Shown here piece by piece: positions 1 through 11,774 of a stretch of 64,000 bases of DNA. Within the stretch, counting starts at the first letter, position 1, and each line of letters opens with the position of its first letter. Source of the DNA: an uncultured Gammaproteobacteria bacterium (GTDB lineage: Bacteria > Patescibacteriota > Microgenomatia > Levybacterales > UBA12049); contig CAZAZU010000001.1 in the NCBI GenBank assembly GCA_964490105.1, positions 710,245 through 774,244 on the forward strand. The letters run 5' to 3'. The notes beneath the pieces were generated by a model. The model did not search any database, was not told the origin of the DNA, and saw nothing but the letters and a program-made list of their open reading frames with translations. Position numbers and translations under genes: made by a program.

Positions 1-1038
1 CTATCTACTGCCCTTATTACTCCTGTATCAATTTTAGTTTTAAAAAAATTAAAAATAGTAGATGATCCAAAAGTCAGAAAACACCCGGCTATAATTCACA
101 ATAAGCCTATTCCAAGAGGCGGTGGAATACCGCTTTTTATTGGAACCCTAATTGCTGGAATTATTTTTCTGCCAATCAATCAAATAACAATCGCAATTTA
201 TTTTGCTGCATTTATTTCACTCTTAGTAGGAGCTCTTGACGATAAATTTGATATCTCTCCTTACGTAAGATTTATAGTAAATATTTTCTGCGCAGTGATA
301 GTTGTAGCAGCTGGAGTCAGTGTAAACTTTATTACTAACCCACTCGGAGGAATTCTTTATCTAAACGAACTTCGTCTTCCTATAGAATTCTTAGGGATTG
401 GGATGGTAATTACGCTTTCTCATGTCGTCGCGGTTCTTTGGATAGTTTGGGTGATGAACATGCTTAACTGGAGTAAGGGAGTTGATGGACAAATGCCTGG
501 AATTGTCGCAATCTCTGCAATTTTTATAGGAATTTTAAGCTTAAGGTTTGGTACCGGAGATAGCCTTACGCAGACAACAACTTCTCTTTCATTTATCATT
601 TCAGGAGCGGCTATTGGATTTTTAATCTACAATTTTCATCCTGCAAGAATTTTTCCAGGATATGGTGCTACCGCCATCTATCTTCTTTTAGCTGTAGTTT
701 CAATTTTATCAAGCGCAAAATTAGCGACTGCAATTTTAGTTATGGGAGTTCCTTTAGCAGACGGTGCATTTACAATTGGAAGAAGAATCTTAACTGGTCA
801 TTCTCCATTTTGGCATGATAAAAAACATCTTCACCATCTCCTACTTTCGTCAGGTCTTGGACAAAGACGAATCGCGTTGTTTTACTGGGTAATTTCTGCT
901 ATATTTGGTTCACTTTCCCTAGTTCTTTCAAGTCGCGGCAAAATCTTTGCCATAATAATGCTTGTAATTATCGTAGGAGGAACTTTACTATTTTTAAATT
1001 ATTTAATCAGAAAGAAAAATGGGACGCAAAGCATATAA
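1..1038 (+). CDS. MraY/WecA/TagO-family polyprenyl-phosphate GlcNAc-1-phosphate transferase, 5' truncated by the window edge
   Basis: Frame is open from base 1 (LSTALITP...IVDDPKVRKHPAIIHNKPIPRGGG). Motifs: GALDD, NMLNWSKGVDG, YNFHPARIFPG, DKKHLHHLL. Multiple TM segments. Confidence 0.9.
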   Translation, partial: LSTALITPVSILVLKKLKIVDDPKVRKHPAIIHNKPIPRGGGIPLFIGTLIAGIIFLPINQITIAIYFAAFISLLVGALDDKFDISPYVRFIVNIFCAVIVVAAGVSVNFITNPLGGILYLNELRLPIEFLGIGMVITLSHVVAVLWIVWVMNMLNWSKGVDGQMPGIVAISAIFIGILSLRFGTGDSLTQTTTSLSFIISGAAIGFLIYNFHPARIFPGYGATAIYLLLAVVSILSSAKLATAILVMGVPLADGAFTIGRRILTGHSPFWHDKKHLHHLLLSSGLGQRRIALFYWVISAIFGSLSLVLSSRGKIFAIIMLVIIVGGTLLFLNYLIRKKNGTQSI

Positions 1039-1966
1039 CATTTTAAGGTTACTTAGGCCTCGTCAGTGGGTTAAAAACTTCGCTATTTTTGCTGCTGTTA
1101 CTTTTACCGGAGAATTATTTAATCCTGTAGCAGTACTCCCTGTAATAGTTGGATTCTTTATTTTCTGTGCTGTTTCATCAGCAACTTACATCATCAATGA
1201 TATTTTTGACATTAAAAATGACAAGATGCATCCTTTTAAAAGATTCAGGCCTCTTGCCCACGGAGATGTAAATGTAAAATTTGCCGGAATACTAGCAGCA
1301 TTTTTAATTGTCGTGTCTCTATCTTTATCGATTTTAGTAAACCCAACCTTCTTCCTATTTATAATAGTATATCTACTCCTTCAAGTTCTTTATTCAAGTG
1401 TCCTAAAAACAATAACAGTAATCGACATTCTTGCAATTGCTGCAGGATACATTCTTAGAGTTTTAGGCGGAGAATTTGCAAGCGGATATCACATTTCAGT
1501 ATGGCTTTTATTAACTACAATTTCTATTTCACTATTCTTAGCTATTGGAAAAAGAAGGTCAGAGCTTACTCTTCTTGCATCTAGTAAAATCGATAATTTA
1601 GCGTCCACCAGAAGAACCTTATCGCACTATTCTGAAAGATTACTTGATGTTTATGCGTCAATCTTTGCGACCAGCACATTTATAGCGTATTCATTATTTA
1701 CATTTCTAGAAAATCCTGAAGGCATACATCTTCCAATTTTCGGAGTTTTTCTGGAAGACATCTTACCGAATTTTTTCCAGAGAAAATGGCTCATGCTTAC
1801 AATCATTCCGGTAGTTTATGGGCTCATGAGATATCTACAGGATATTTATGAAAAACATGAAGGGGAAAGTCCGGAAAAAGTACTGTTTTCAGACAAGCCA
1901 CTTTTAATTACAGTTAGCATTTGGGCTTTAATGGTAATATTCATTATCTACTTTATCGGCACTTAA
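1019..1966 (+). CDS. UbiA-family prenyltransferase, decaprenyl-phosphate phosphoribosyltransferase (Rv3806c-like) subfamily
   Basis: Subfamily motifs RPRQWVKN, YIINDIFDIKNDKMHPFKRFRPLAHG, LFLAIGKRRSEL, GLMRYL and GESPE. Confidence 0.85.
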   Translation: MGRKAYNILRLLRPRQWVKNFAIFAAVTFTGELFNPVAVLPVIVGFFIFCAVSSATYIINDIFDIKNDKMHPFKRFRPLAHGDVNVKFAGILAAFLIVVSLSLSILVNPTFFLFIIVYLLLQVLYSSVLKTITVIDILAIAAGYILRVLGGEFASGYHISVWLLLTTISISLFLAIGKRRSELTLLASSKIDNLASTRRTLSHYSERLLDVYASIFATSTFIAYSLFTFLENPEGIHLPIFGVFLEDILPNFFQRKWLMLTIIPVVYGLMRYLQDIYEKHEGESPEKVLFSDKPLLITVSIWALMVIFIIYFIGT

Positions 1967-2787
1967 TCTTTTGAGGCATAGGTAGCGCTTATCCATCCCA
2001 TTTTTCCGTCTTTAAGTTTTACTTGATACCACCCGTCTTCTTCTCCAATTAAATCCACTTTATCTCCTGGTGAAAGTGTCCCAATTAAATCTGATCCAGC
2101 TGAATTTTGAGATCTTACATTTAATTCTCCCGTCGGTGTATCCAAAACTGTAACCTGAGGAGTAGTGACAGCCGATGCGCTTGCTCTTTGCTCTACTTCT
2201 TTTGCATTAAGCTTTATTCCAAGATTCATAGTTACCTCTAGTCTCTTTCCCAGTACTCCTTTAACTTTTATAACTTTTTCTTTATATCCATCCTTGAGAA
2301 GTTTTATCTCATGATCTGATGCGGTTAGATTAATTAAATATGGAGTCTCTCCTACCGGATTACTATCTAAAATCACACGAGCCTTACTGGGAAATGACAC
2401 CACCATTAATTCAGCTATCTCTTCATCATCAATTGGAGAAAGAGTGATTATACTTCCGCTAGAGGCAGATATATCTTTATCATGAGTTCTATCAACTACT
2501 GTTAAAACACCTTTATAAAGGGTGATTTTCTGCTCAAAGTTTTTAAAGCCTGATTCTACCGGAACTAATTTAATAGTATATTCTCCAACCCTTAAAAGAT
2601 CTTTTAATTCACAAAGACAAAGAGGTGTTTTGCCTACGTAATTTCCATCTAAAAACACTTGGCTTACAGGAACTGATGTTACCTGAAGTGCACCTTTCCC
2701 GGCATCCCTATTTATAACTAGGACTATGAGCAGAAAAAGAATTGTTAAGATAAGAAGAGGAGTCGTAAAAAGAATTAACTTTCGCAT
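1963..2787 (-). CDS. Membrane-anchored protein with two PEGA domains and a C-terminal SH3b domain
   Basis: N-terminal TM; PEGA motifs LQVTSVP..VFLDG.YVGKTP and VVSFP.ARVILD..PVGETP; SH3b motif LNVR...GWYQVKL.DGKMGWIS. Confidence 0.85.
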   Translation of the reverse strand: MRKLILFTTPLLILTILFLLIVLVINRDAGKGALQVTSVPVSQVFLDGNYVGKTPLCLCELKDLLRVGEYTIKLVPVESGFKNFEQKITLYKGVLTVVDRTHDKDISASSGSIITLSPIDDEEIAELMVVSFPSKARVILDSNPVGETPYLINLTASDHEIKLLKDGYKEKVIKVKGVLGKRLEVTMNLGIKLNAKEVEQRASASAVTTPQVTVLDTPTGELNVRSQNSAGSDLIGTLSPGDKVDLIGEEDGWYQVKLKDGKMGWISATYASKD

Positions 2788-2839
2788 ATAGAAATTAAAT
2801 ATAACACAGCACAGGTTGATAGAAAAGTAAAATCGATTA

Positions 2840-2867
2840 TTGACTTATGCTTTTCTCTAACTATAAT
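2840..2867 (+). promoter_or_regulatory. Putative sigma70 promoter of pyrF-pyrE
   Basis: TTGACT-16 nt-TATAAT, 18 nt upstream of the ATG at 2886. Confidence 0.6.
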
Positions 2868-2885
2868 GATTTTATTGCCCGCTAT

Positions 2886-3737
2886 ATGGCGAAAAAAATA
2901 TCTACCTCTAAATTCGTCAAAAAACTTGAAAATAAATGGAATGAAAATAAGTTTGTTTCTGTAGGACTTGACCCCATAAGAGAAAAGCTACCCCCACATA
3001 TTACAAAGAAATATAAAACAATTGATGAACAATTTTTTCAATTCAATAAAACGCTTATCGACGAAACGTATGATCTAGTTGCGGCTTACAAACCTCAAAT
3101 TGCACACTATGAAGAACAGGGACTAGCTGGTTGGAAAGCACTGGAAAAAACTATTAATTATCTCCATAAAAAACATCCGGATATCTTAACAATCATCGAT
3201 GCGAAAAGAGCAGATATAGGAAGCACTAATGATTCATATGCCAAAGCATTTTTTGATAATTTAGGCTTTGATGCGATAACGGTAAATCCTTATTTTGGGA
3301 AAGAAGCCTTAAGAAGTTTTTTAAATTATGAAAATAAAGGAATAATAATTTTAGTGAGAACTTCAAACCCTGGATCAGGAGAATTTCAAGATATTAAGAA
3401 TAAAAGCGGCGAACCACTTTACATGTCTGTTGCAAAAAATGTTTCTAAAACTTGGAATACAAACGGCAATTGCGCAATTGTAGTTGGCGCTACATATCCA
3501 AAGGAACTAGCAAGTATTAGAAAAGCGGTTGGAGACATACCAATTCTTATTCCTGGGATTGGTGCCCAAGGTGGAGATGTGGAAAAAACTGTAAGAGCTG
3601 GAAAAAATTCTAAAAACCAGGGGATGATAATTCACTCCTCCCGTGCTATTATATTTGCGAGCAATGGCACTGATTTCGCTATAGTAGCGCGACAAAAAAC
3701 GATTGAACTAAATACAGAAATTATTAAATATCTATGA
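2886..3737 (+). CDS. pyrF: Orotidine-5'-phosphate decarboxylase
   Basis: Motifs VGLDP, AYKPQ, DAKRADIGST, VVGAT, LIPGIGAQGG, SSRAI. Start moved to the ATG at 2886, downstream of the promoter. Confidence 0.95.
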   Translation: MAKKISTSKFVKKLENKWNENKFVSVGLDPIREKLPPHITKKYKTIDEQFFQFNKTLIDETYDLVAAYKPQIAHYEEQGLAGWKALEKTINYLHKKHPDILTIIDAKRADIGSTNDSYAKAFFDNLGFDAITVNPYFGKEALRSFLNYENKGIIILVRTSNPGSGEFQDIKNKSGEPLYMSVAKNVSKTWNTNGNCAIVVGATYPKELASIRKAVGDIPILIPGIGAQGGDVEKTVRAGKNSKNQGMIIHSSRAIIFASNGTDFAIVARQKTIELNTEIIKYL

Positions 3738-4369
3738 AAAGAGAAGAAAAAGTAAAAAAGATTTTAGCTAAAGCAAATGCAGTTTTAACTGACGGACATT
3801 TTGTTTATGTATCTGCAAAACACGGTGACAAATATATAAATAAAGACGCCATATATCCTCACACAAAATTAGTTAGAGAACTTGCAAGAATGTGGGCTGA
3901 AGATTTTAAAAAGTCAGAAGTAGAGGTAGTAGTAGGACCTGCAATGGGTGGAGTTATTTTATCTCATGATGCAGCTGATGAACTATCTAAGCTTCTTAAA
4001 AAAGATATTCCTGGAGTTTATGCAGAAAAAGACGGTGAGGGAGGTTTTACTTTTACCAGAGGATATGACGCTTTTGTAAAAGGGAAAAAAGTTTTAGTTG
4101 TTGAGGATATTTTAACAACTGGCGGAAGTGTGAAAAAAGTTATAGAGATGACTAAAAAAGCAGGAGGAAAAGTAGTGGGCCTTGGAGTAATCGCAAATAG
4201 AGGAAACGTAAAAGCACGTGACGTAGGAGTTAAAAAAATTAACGCACTTATTAATTTAGAATTTAATGCAATGGATCCAAAAGACTGTACGCTTTGTAAA
4301 AATAAAGTCCCAGTAAATACGAATGTGGGCAAAGGTAAACTCTTCCTCGCAGGTAAAAAAATCACCTAA
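3734..4369 (+). CDS. pyrE: Orotate phosphoribosyltransferase
   Basis: GHFVYVSAKH; PRPP loop VLVVEDILTTGGS; ATGA overlap with pyrF. Confidence 0.92.
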   Translation: MKREEKVKKILAKANAVLTDGHFVYVSAKHGDKYINKDAIYPHTKLVRELARMWAEDFKKSEVEVVVGPAMGGVILSHDAADELSKLLKKDIPGVYAEKDGEGGFTFTRGYDAFVKGKKVLVVEDILTTGGSVKKVIEMTKKAGGKVVGLGVIANRGNVKARDVGVKKINALINLEFNAMDPKDCTLCKNKVPVNTNVGKGKLFLAGKKIT

Positions 4370-4374
4370 TTATT

Positions 4375-4596
4375 TTATAAGGTTGTTGTTGAAGTTGAAA
4401 CTCCAGATGCCGTACCGCTAGAAATAGTCACCACGGTAAGCATATTACTATTGTAGTTTTTCTCAGGAAGATCATCATGGCTCTTTCCTAAAATTGCCAA
4501 ACAAACTTCGCATGCAACCATAATTGTCATAATTGCGTTTACTCGGGATATCAATATTGTATTTAGAGGCTTATTACAATGAAGGCAGAATTTCAT
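4375..4596 (-). CDS. Small hypothetical protein with two CxxC pairs (possible zinc ribbon)
   Basis: CLHC...CEVC; ATG lies 1 nt after the groEL stop; fills the gap to pyrE. Confidence 0.5.
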   Translation of the reverse strand: MKFCLHCNKPLNTILISRVNAIMTIMVACEVCLAILGKSHDDLPEKNYNSNMLTVVTISSGTASGVSTSTTTL

Positions 4597-4597
4597 T

Positions 4598-6536
<1,939 letters not shown>

Positions 6537-6549
6537 AAACAAAACAAAA

Positions 6550-6605
6550 ATATCAGTCGGATATTTTGTCTGCTAATTTATACAACAAAATTTTTAGTCT
6601 GTCAA
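6550..6605 (-). promoter_or_regulatory. groES promoter followed by a degenerate CIRCE-like inverted repeat
   Basis: Minus strand: TTGACA-17 nt-TATAAA (6605-6577), then TTAGCAGAC-N9-GACTGATAT (6576-6550). CIRCE consensus is TTAGCACTC-N9-GAGTGCTAA. Confidence 0.65.
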
Positions 6606-6687
6606 TACCCCACAGGGTATAAAAAATTTTATTCCAGCCTCCTTAGGGTTGACACATAATTCTCTCTTGATATACGATTAAGTTACA

Positions 6688-7866
6688 TTGCCAAGTATAG
6701 GTCTAAGTAAACCAACATTCTCGAAAAAGAAACTCCTTTTGCTAGGATTTTTACTGGTGATCCTCTTGGTAATACCAGTAACTGTATTTTTAGTACAACA
6801 GCAGCAGAATTTACAGAGCCAAGCTAACCCAAACACCACTCTTTCATTTGTGCCCCCTGATAAAACAGCATCCGTTGGAGAAAAAATAGATTTTGACATA
6901 TGGATTTCTCCGGGGAATAATCAAGTAAACTTCGTAAAGCTTGTTATAAAGTTTGATGCTACGAAACTCTCAACCAAAAAAGAATACTTCGAGCTAAATC
7001 GTGCATCCAATTTATCCGTAATTGAAGGACCAATAATAGGTGACGACGGAGACAGCATATCGGTAATTCTTTCTGTGGAAAATGACCCGACTAAAGTAAT
7101 TCGAGCAGATACAAAAATTGGAACTATAAGCTTTGATACTTTGGAAGCTGCTGATCCGCCAACTCAGATAGCTTTTGATGATCAGCAGGTGCAAATCCGC
7201 TCTATTAATGGAGCAAATCAGGATGCATTTAATGAAAATGTATTCCTAAATGGAACTCCAGCGACTGTTACTATACAAGGAGACGCTGATGTGACTCCAG
7301 ACCCAGATGCGACATTAACTCCCAGAGCTACGTTAACGCCAACAATTACTCTCGCTGCTACTTTCACACCTACCCCTACCTCAACTAACTCCGGTGAAGG
7401 ATCTTCTCCTGCAACCAATCAAGCTCCGGTTTGCGAAAGCCTGATTACAGACAGAAGCACAGATGGCACAGCTCCTCTATCGCTTACTTTTACAGCTGCT
7501 GGATCTGATACTGATGGAACTATAAGTAAAGTCACGTTTAGTTTTGGTGATGGAACAGTTGAAGACGTAACTACAGGTGGCGGAATCGGCACTGACACTG
7601 TAAACGTTCAAAAATCATTCACATATAATAATGCAAATAGTTTCACTGCATCTGCTCTTATGACTGACGACAGCGGAGAAGTAAGTAGCGATAGTACTTC
7701 TTGTGCGGTAACTGTAACTGTGTCTGATGGGGACGGATCTGGATCAACAGTAGATAGCGGCGGCGCTACGGTAGCACCAACTGGACCAACTGAAACGATA
7801 TTTGGAATTGGAGCAATCGGTGGACTACTATTCATAGTCGGAGCTCTCCTCTTCTTCGCCCTATAA
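6688..7866 (+). CDS. Surface protein: N-terminal TM, cohesin-like domain, Thr/Pro linker, PKD-like domain, C-terminal VAPTG plus TM
   Basis: Cohesin-like VNFVKLVIKFDATKL; TPTP linker; PKD-like NQAPVC...DTDGTISKVTFSFGDG; C-terminus VAPTGPTETIFGIGAIGGLLFIVGALLFFAL. Confidence 0.75.
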   Translation: MPSIGLSKPTFSKKKLLLLGFLLVILLVIPVTVFLVQQQQNLQSQANPNTTLSFVPPDKTASVGEKIDFDIWISPGNNQVNFVKLVIKFDATKLSTKKEYFELNRASNLSVIEGPIIGDDGDSISVILSVENDPTKVIRADTKIGTISFDTLEAADPPTQIAFDDQQVQIRSINGANQDAFNENVFLNGTPATVTIQGDADVTPDPDATLTPRATLTPTITLAATFTPTPTSTNSGEGSSPATNQAPVCESLITDRSTDGTAPLSLTFTAAGSDTDGTISKVTFSFGDGTVEDVTTGGGIGTDTVNVQKSFTYNNANSFTASALMTDDSGEVSSDSTSCAVTVTVSDGDGSGSTVDSGGATVAPTGPTETIFGIGAIGGLLFIVGALLFFAL

Positions 7867-7900
7867 AAAGGTCATGATATTCCCGTGCACTTAAGACAAA

Positions 7901-9637
7901 CTATTTTTCAATGAGGGAAAAGAGGACTTCTTGAGGGATGCTAACTTTTCCGGTTTCTGTCATTCTTTCTTTTCCCCTCTTCTGCGCTTCCAAAAGTTTT
8001 TTCTTTCGAGTGACATCTCCTCCGCCAACAACCTTGCTACCATGCATCAAAACATCTTTTTTGTAAGCAGAAATTTCTTCTCGGGCAATAATATTTCCAC
8101 CAATTATAGCTTGGATGACTTGTCTAAATTGCTGACGAGGAAGCTTTTCTTTTAATTTTTCTGCTTTTTCCCTAGCTATGTAAGGCGCCTCATCACGATA
8201 AGCATATTCACTTAAAACATCCACCGGGACATCGTTAATTCTTATTTCTATATTTACTAAATCTGCTGGTCTATAATCTGAAATTTCATAATCTATACTC
8301 GCATACCCCGAAGTGGTGGATTTAAGATCTGAAGATAACCCGCGAACTAACATAGAGTAAGGCATGTCATATTTTAGAATTGCACTACTTTGGAAATAAG
8401 TAACATCTAACATATTTCCTTTTCTCTGCTGACAAACTGAAATAACACTACCCACATAACTAGAAGGCACAAAAATAGTTAAATTCATATAAGGCTCAAG
8501 CATATCCCCGTTTTCTTTTTTCTCATATAAAACCTGGGGTGAAGTTAAAAACAAATCTACATTTTCTTCTTCCTTAAGTCTTTGTCTAACTATATCTGCA
8601 TGCAAAAGTCCCAAAAATCCTACTCTAAATCCATTTCCCAAAAATGAAGAATACTCAGTAGCGATAGTAATAGAAGTATCATTAAGTGCATATTTATTTA
8701 AACCTTCTTTTAGATTTACTAACTCATCAGTTGTTTTTGGATAAACTCCAAAAAAAACCATAGGCTGAGGTTTTTTATATCCGGGAAGAGGCTCAACTCC
8801 CGCAGAAACTAAACAAATCGTATCTCCCACTTGAGTCTCGTGGATATCTTTAATTCCCGTCACGATGTAGCCGATCTCCCCAGCGATTAATTCATTTCGA
8901 GGAGTCATAAGAGGCGTAAAGCATCCTATTTCTGAAGCGCCAGTTGTTTTTTCACTTTGGAAAAAAGTAATTTTTCCATTCTTAGGAAGCGTACCATCAA
9001 CAACACGAACATAAACAATAACCCCCCGATGCTCATCATATAAAGCATCAAATATTAAAGCTCTAAGCGGAGAATCCGTTAAACCTTTGGGTGGTGGAAT
9101 TTTCTCAACAACCGCTTTTAAAAGCTCTGGAACATTTTGACCTGTCTTTGCTGATATATAAATTATCTCGTCTTTGTTTATTCCAAAAATTTCCTCAAGT
9201 TCTTTTACAACTTCTTCAGTTTTTGAACTTTGAAGATCAATTTTATTTATTACTGGAATAATAGTTAACCCTTCTTTTTGTGCTGCAAAAAAATGTGCTA
9301 CAGTTTGGGCTTGTACACCTTGCGTTGCATCAACCAATAATATCGCGCCTTCACATGCAGCTAAAGTACGACTTACTTCATAGGAAAAATCTACGTGACC
9401 AGGTGTGTCAATAAGATTTAAAACATAATCTTTTCCGTCAAGATTATAGTTCATCCTAACTGGAGCGAGTTTTATAGTTATACCGCGGGCTTTCTCAATT
9501 GGATTTGTATCAAGATACTGCTCGCCGATTTTACTTAGAGTCATAGTTTTTGTTAACTCCAAAAATCTATCAGCAAGAGTCGATTTGCCATGATCGACAT
9601 GAGCGATGATTGCGAAATTTCTAATGTTTGAATTCAT
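7901..9637 (-). CDS. lepA: Elongation factor 4 (LepA)
   Basis: Motifs IRNFAIIAHVDHGKSTLAD, DTPGHVDF, GFRVGFLGLLH, GGDVTRKKKLLE. Confidence 0.97.
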   Translation of the reverse strand: MNSNIRNFAIIAHVDHGKSTLADRFLELTKTMTLSKIGEQYLDTNPIEKARGITIKLAPVRMNYNLDGKDYVLNLIDTPGHVDFSYEVSRTLAACEGAILLVDATQGVQAQTVAHFFAAQKEGLTIIPVINKIDLQSSKTEEVVKELEEIFGINKDEIIYISAKTGQNVPELLKAVVEKIPPPKGLTDSPLRALIFDALYDEHRGVIVYVRVVDGTLPKNGKITFFQSEKTTGASEIGCFTPLMTPRNELIAGEIGYIVTGIKDIHETQVGDTICLVSAGVEPLPGYKKPQPMVFFGVYPKTTDELVNLKEGLNKYALNDTSITIATEYSSFLGNGFRVGFLGLLHADIVRQRLKEEENVDLFLTSPQVLYEKKENGDMLEPYMNLTIFVPSSYVGSVISVCQQRKGNMLDVTYFQSSAILKYDMPYSMLVRGLSSDLKSTTSGYASIDYEISDYRPADLVNIEIRINDVPVDVLSEYAYRDEAPYIAREKAEKLKEKLPRQQFRQVIQAIIGGNIIAREEISAYKKDVLMHGSKVVGGGDVTRKKKLLEAQKRGKERMTETGKVSIPQEVLFSLIEK

Positions 9638-9674
9638 AGTCTGCAAGTATAAACGGCCTACGAGGCAAAAGCAA

Positions 9675-11387
9675 TTATTGACTAGCCTTCACGTCAATAA
9701 TTTTTTCACTTTTATCTACTAACTCCTTATAACCACTAAGCCTTCTAAACATATATAAAAATGTTTCTGCTTCTTTTACATTTAGTAGCCACGTTAAGAA
9801 TAGGTAAATTGAAAGACCAGCAATACTTGAAATTCCGGTTAGAGCAATTAGATTTACAGTTTTTGTGGTATCGAAAACTAATTGGTCTAAAAGTTTTATG
9901 GGTATATATAGAGCAAAACCCATAAATATTACTGCCAGAAATATTTTTACCTGTGGGATCCAAAAATCTTTCAAATTAAATATTTTTATTCTTCTATTTA
10001 AAAGATAAAGAAGTACGCTTAGATTAATAAATCCTCCGATTGATATCGCAAATGCAATTCCCTCTACACCAAATGGAATTATTTTAAATCTTCCGTATGA
10101 ATCAGCGAGACTTACTAAATTCGTATTCCAATATGTTACAAAAAAGAAGCTTAAAATAAGCATTATGACAGTAGAAATAGCTCCGACAATTAAGGGACTT
10201 TTCGTATCGTGAAGTGCATAAAAAGCACGGGATACTAAATATATTAAAGCTTGCGCAAAAATAGCGAATGCAAAAAAAGCGAGTGTTCTTCCAGTTAGAA
10301 CTGTTGCTTCCCAGTCAAATCTTGCAGCTCCAAAAATAAGTCTTACGATTGGAATTCTTAGCACTATAAACAAAACTGAAACAGGAAGCACAAGATATAG
10401 CATTTGATTATAGCTTGTTAAAAAAGTAGTTCTAAAAATATCTAATCTATCTTTTTCGCGCGAAAGAACCGGAAAAGCGGCCTGAGCGATTGACTGACCA
10501 AACAAAACGATTGGCGCAAATGCCAAAGTCTGAGCAAAGTCTAAAATAACATAATTTCTTCCAGCTGACGGAAGAAATGAAATTAATGAAACTGTTATCA
10601 GAGTCCCAATTTGAAAAATAAATAACGACAAGCTTCTCGGCCAAATAAGTTTTAAGACATCTTTTACACCAACAGTATTTAATGAAAATGTAGGACGGAA
10701 TGAAAAATGGACTCTTCTTATTAAGGGTATTTGAAAAAGTGCGTAAGAAAGTGCACCTATTATAACTCCAACAGCTGGAGCATAAATTCCAATTTTATCT
10801 GAAAATAAAATAATTCCGATAATTATTCCTAAGTTGTATAGAGCTGCTGCAATTCCTGGGATAAAAAAATGATTATGAGACTGAAGAATTGCTGAGAAGA
10901 AAGTAGCTACTAAAAAAATAATTTGTCCGAAAATAATTACCCTCATCAAATTTGTCATGAGTGTCATTTGGTCCGGTGGATATCCGGATCCTAAATTAAA
11001 TAGCTGAAGAAATATTGGAGCAAATATAAATAATATTACCGAGACGACACCAAAAAACGTAAATCCCAATAGCATTAATGTGGATGCCATTTTATTTGCA
11101 TCCGTTTCTTTTCCTTTATGAAGCAGGTCTGCAAAGACTGGGATAAATGCTGAAGAAAGTGCACCTGCAATTATGAGCTGGAACAAGAAATCTGGAAGCT
11201 TTGATGAGACCAAATAGACTCCTAAAGTATCTGATGCACCAAAAATTCCAGCTAGTAAGCGCTGCCTGAAAAGACCTAATACCTGAGAAAGAATCACAGT
11301 CGCCATCAAAACAAGCGCAGCTGAGAGAATGTTTGTCTGTTTTTTTAAAAGAAGAGAAAGACCTTTTTGGAAAAAACGTAAAGGCAT
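9675..11387 (-). CDS. murJ: Lipid II flippase MurJ (MviN family)
   Basis: Motifs LSQVLGLFRQR, GALSSAFIPVF, RAFYALHDTKSP; many TM segments. Confidence 0.9.
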   Translation of the reverse strand: MPLRFFQKGLSLLLKKQTNILSAALVLMATVILSQVLGLFRQRLLAGIFGASDTLGVYLVSSKLPDFLFQLIIAGALSSAFIPVFADLLHKGKETDANKMASTLMLLGFTFFGVVSVILFIFAPIFLQLFNLGSGYPPDQMTLMTNLMRVIIFGQIIFLVATFFSAILQSHNHFFIPGIAAALYNLGIIIGIILFSDKIGIYAPAVGVIIGALSYALFQIPLIRRVHFSFRPTFSLNTVGVKDVLKLIWPRSLSLFIFQIGTLITVSLISFLPSAGRNYVILDFAQTLAFAPIVLFGQSIAQAAFPVLSREKDRLDIFRTTFLTSYNQMLYLVLPVSVLFIVLRIPIVRLIFGAARFDWEATVLTGRTLAFFAFAIFAQALIYLVSRAFYALHDTKSPLIVGAISTVIMLILSFFFVTYWNTNLVSLADSYGRFKIIPFGVEGIAFAISIGGFINLSVLLYLLNRRIKIFNLKDFWIPQVKIFLAVIFMGFALYIPIKLLDQLVFDTTKTVNLIALTGISSIAGLSIYLFLTWLLNVKEAETFLYMFRRLSGYKELVDKSEKIIDVKASQ

Positions 11388-11439
11388 AAAAAGAGCAAAT
11401 TAGCTTGCGAATATCAGTATATCATGCTAAAATGCGTGC

Positions 11440-11715
11440 ATGCCAGTAACAAAACAAGCCAGAAAAAAACTTAGACAGGACTTAAAAAGAGAAATAAAGA
11501 ATAGAGATTTAAAGTCAAAATTCAAAAAAACTCTTAAAGATACGAGAACAAGTCCTACAGCAAAAAAGCTTTCAGAAGCCTCAAAGGTGATCGATAAAGC
11601 TGCAAAGAAAAATGTAATCCATAAAAACAAAGCGGCTAGACTTAAATCCAGACTTGCTAAACTATCAGGCTCAAAAGGAACCAGCACGCAGGCTCCAGCT
11701 AAAAAGAAAAAATAA
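11440..11715 (+). CDS. rpsT: 30S ribosomal protein S20
   Basis: MPVTKQARKKLRQ; IDKAAKKNVIHKNKAARLKSRL. Confidence 0.97.
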   Translation: MPVTKQARKKLRQDLKREIKNRDLKSKFKKTLKDTRTSPTAKKLSEASKVIDKAAKKNVIHKNKAARLKSRLAKLSGSKGTSTQAPAKKKK

Positions 11716-11774
11716 CCTTAGTTAACCTCATTTTACTTTACAAAATCCTAAAAAACCCATAGACTAAAATTGGC

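Noticed and set aside
7901-9637. LepA looks shortened between VLYE and LEPY
   Set aside because: The reading frame and all motifs are intact; consistent with ordinary streamlining, not a pseudogene.
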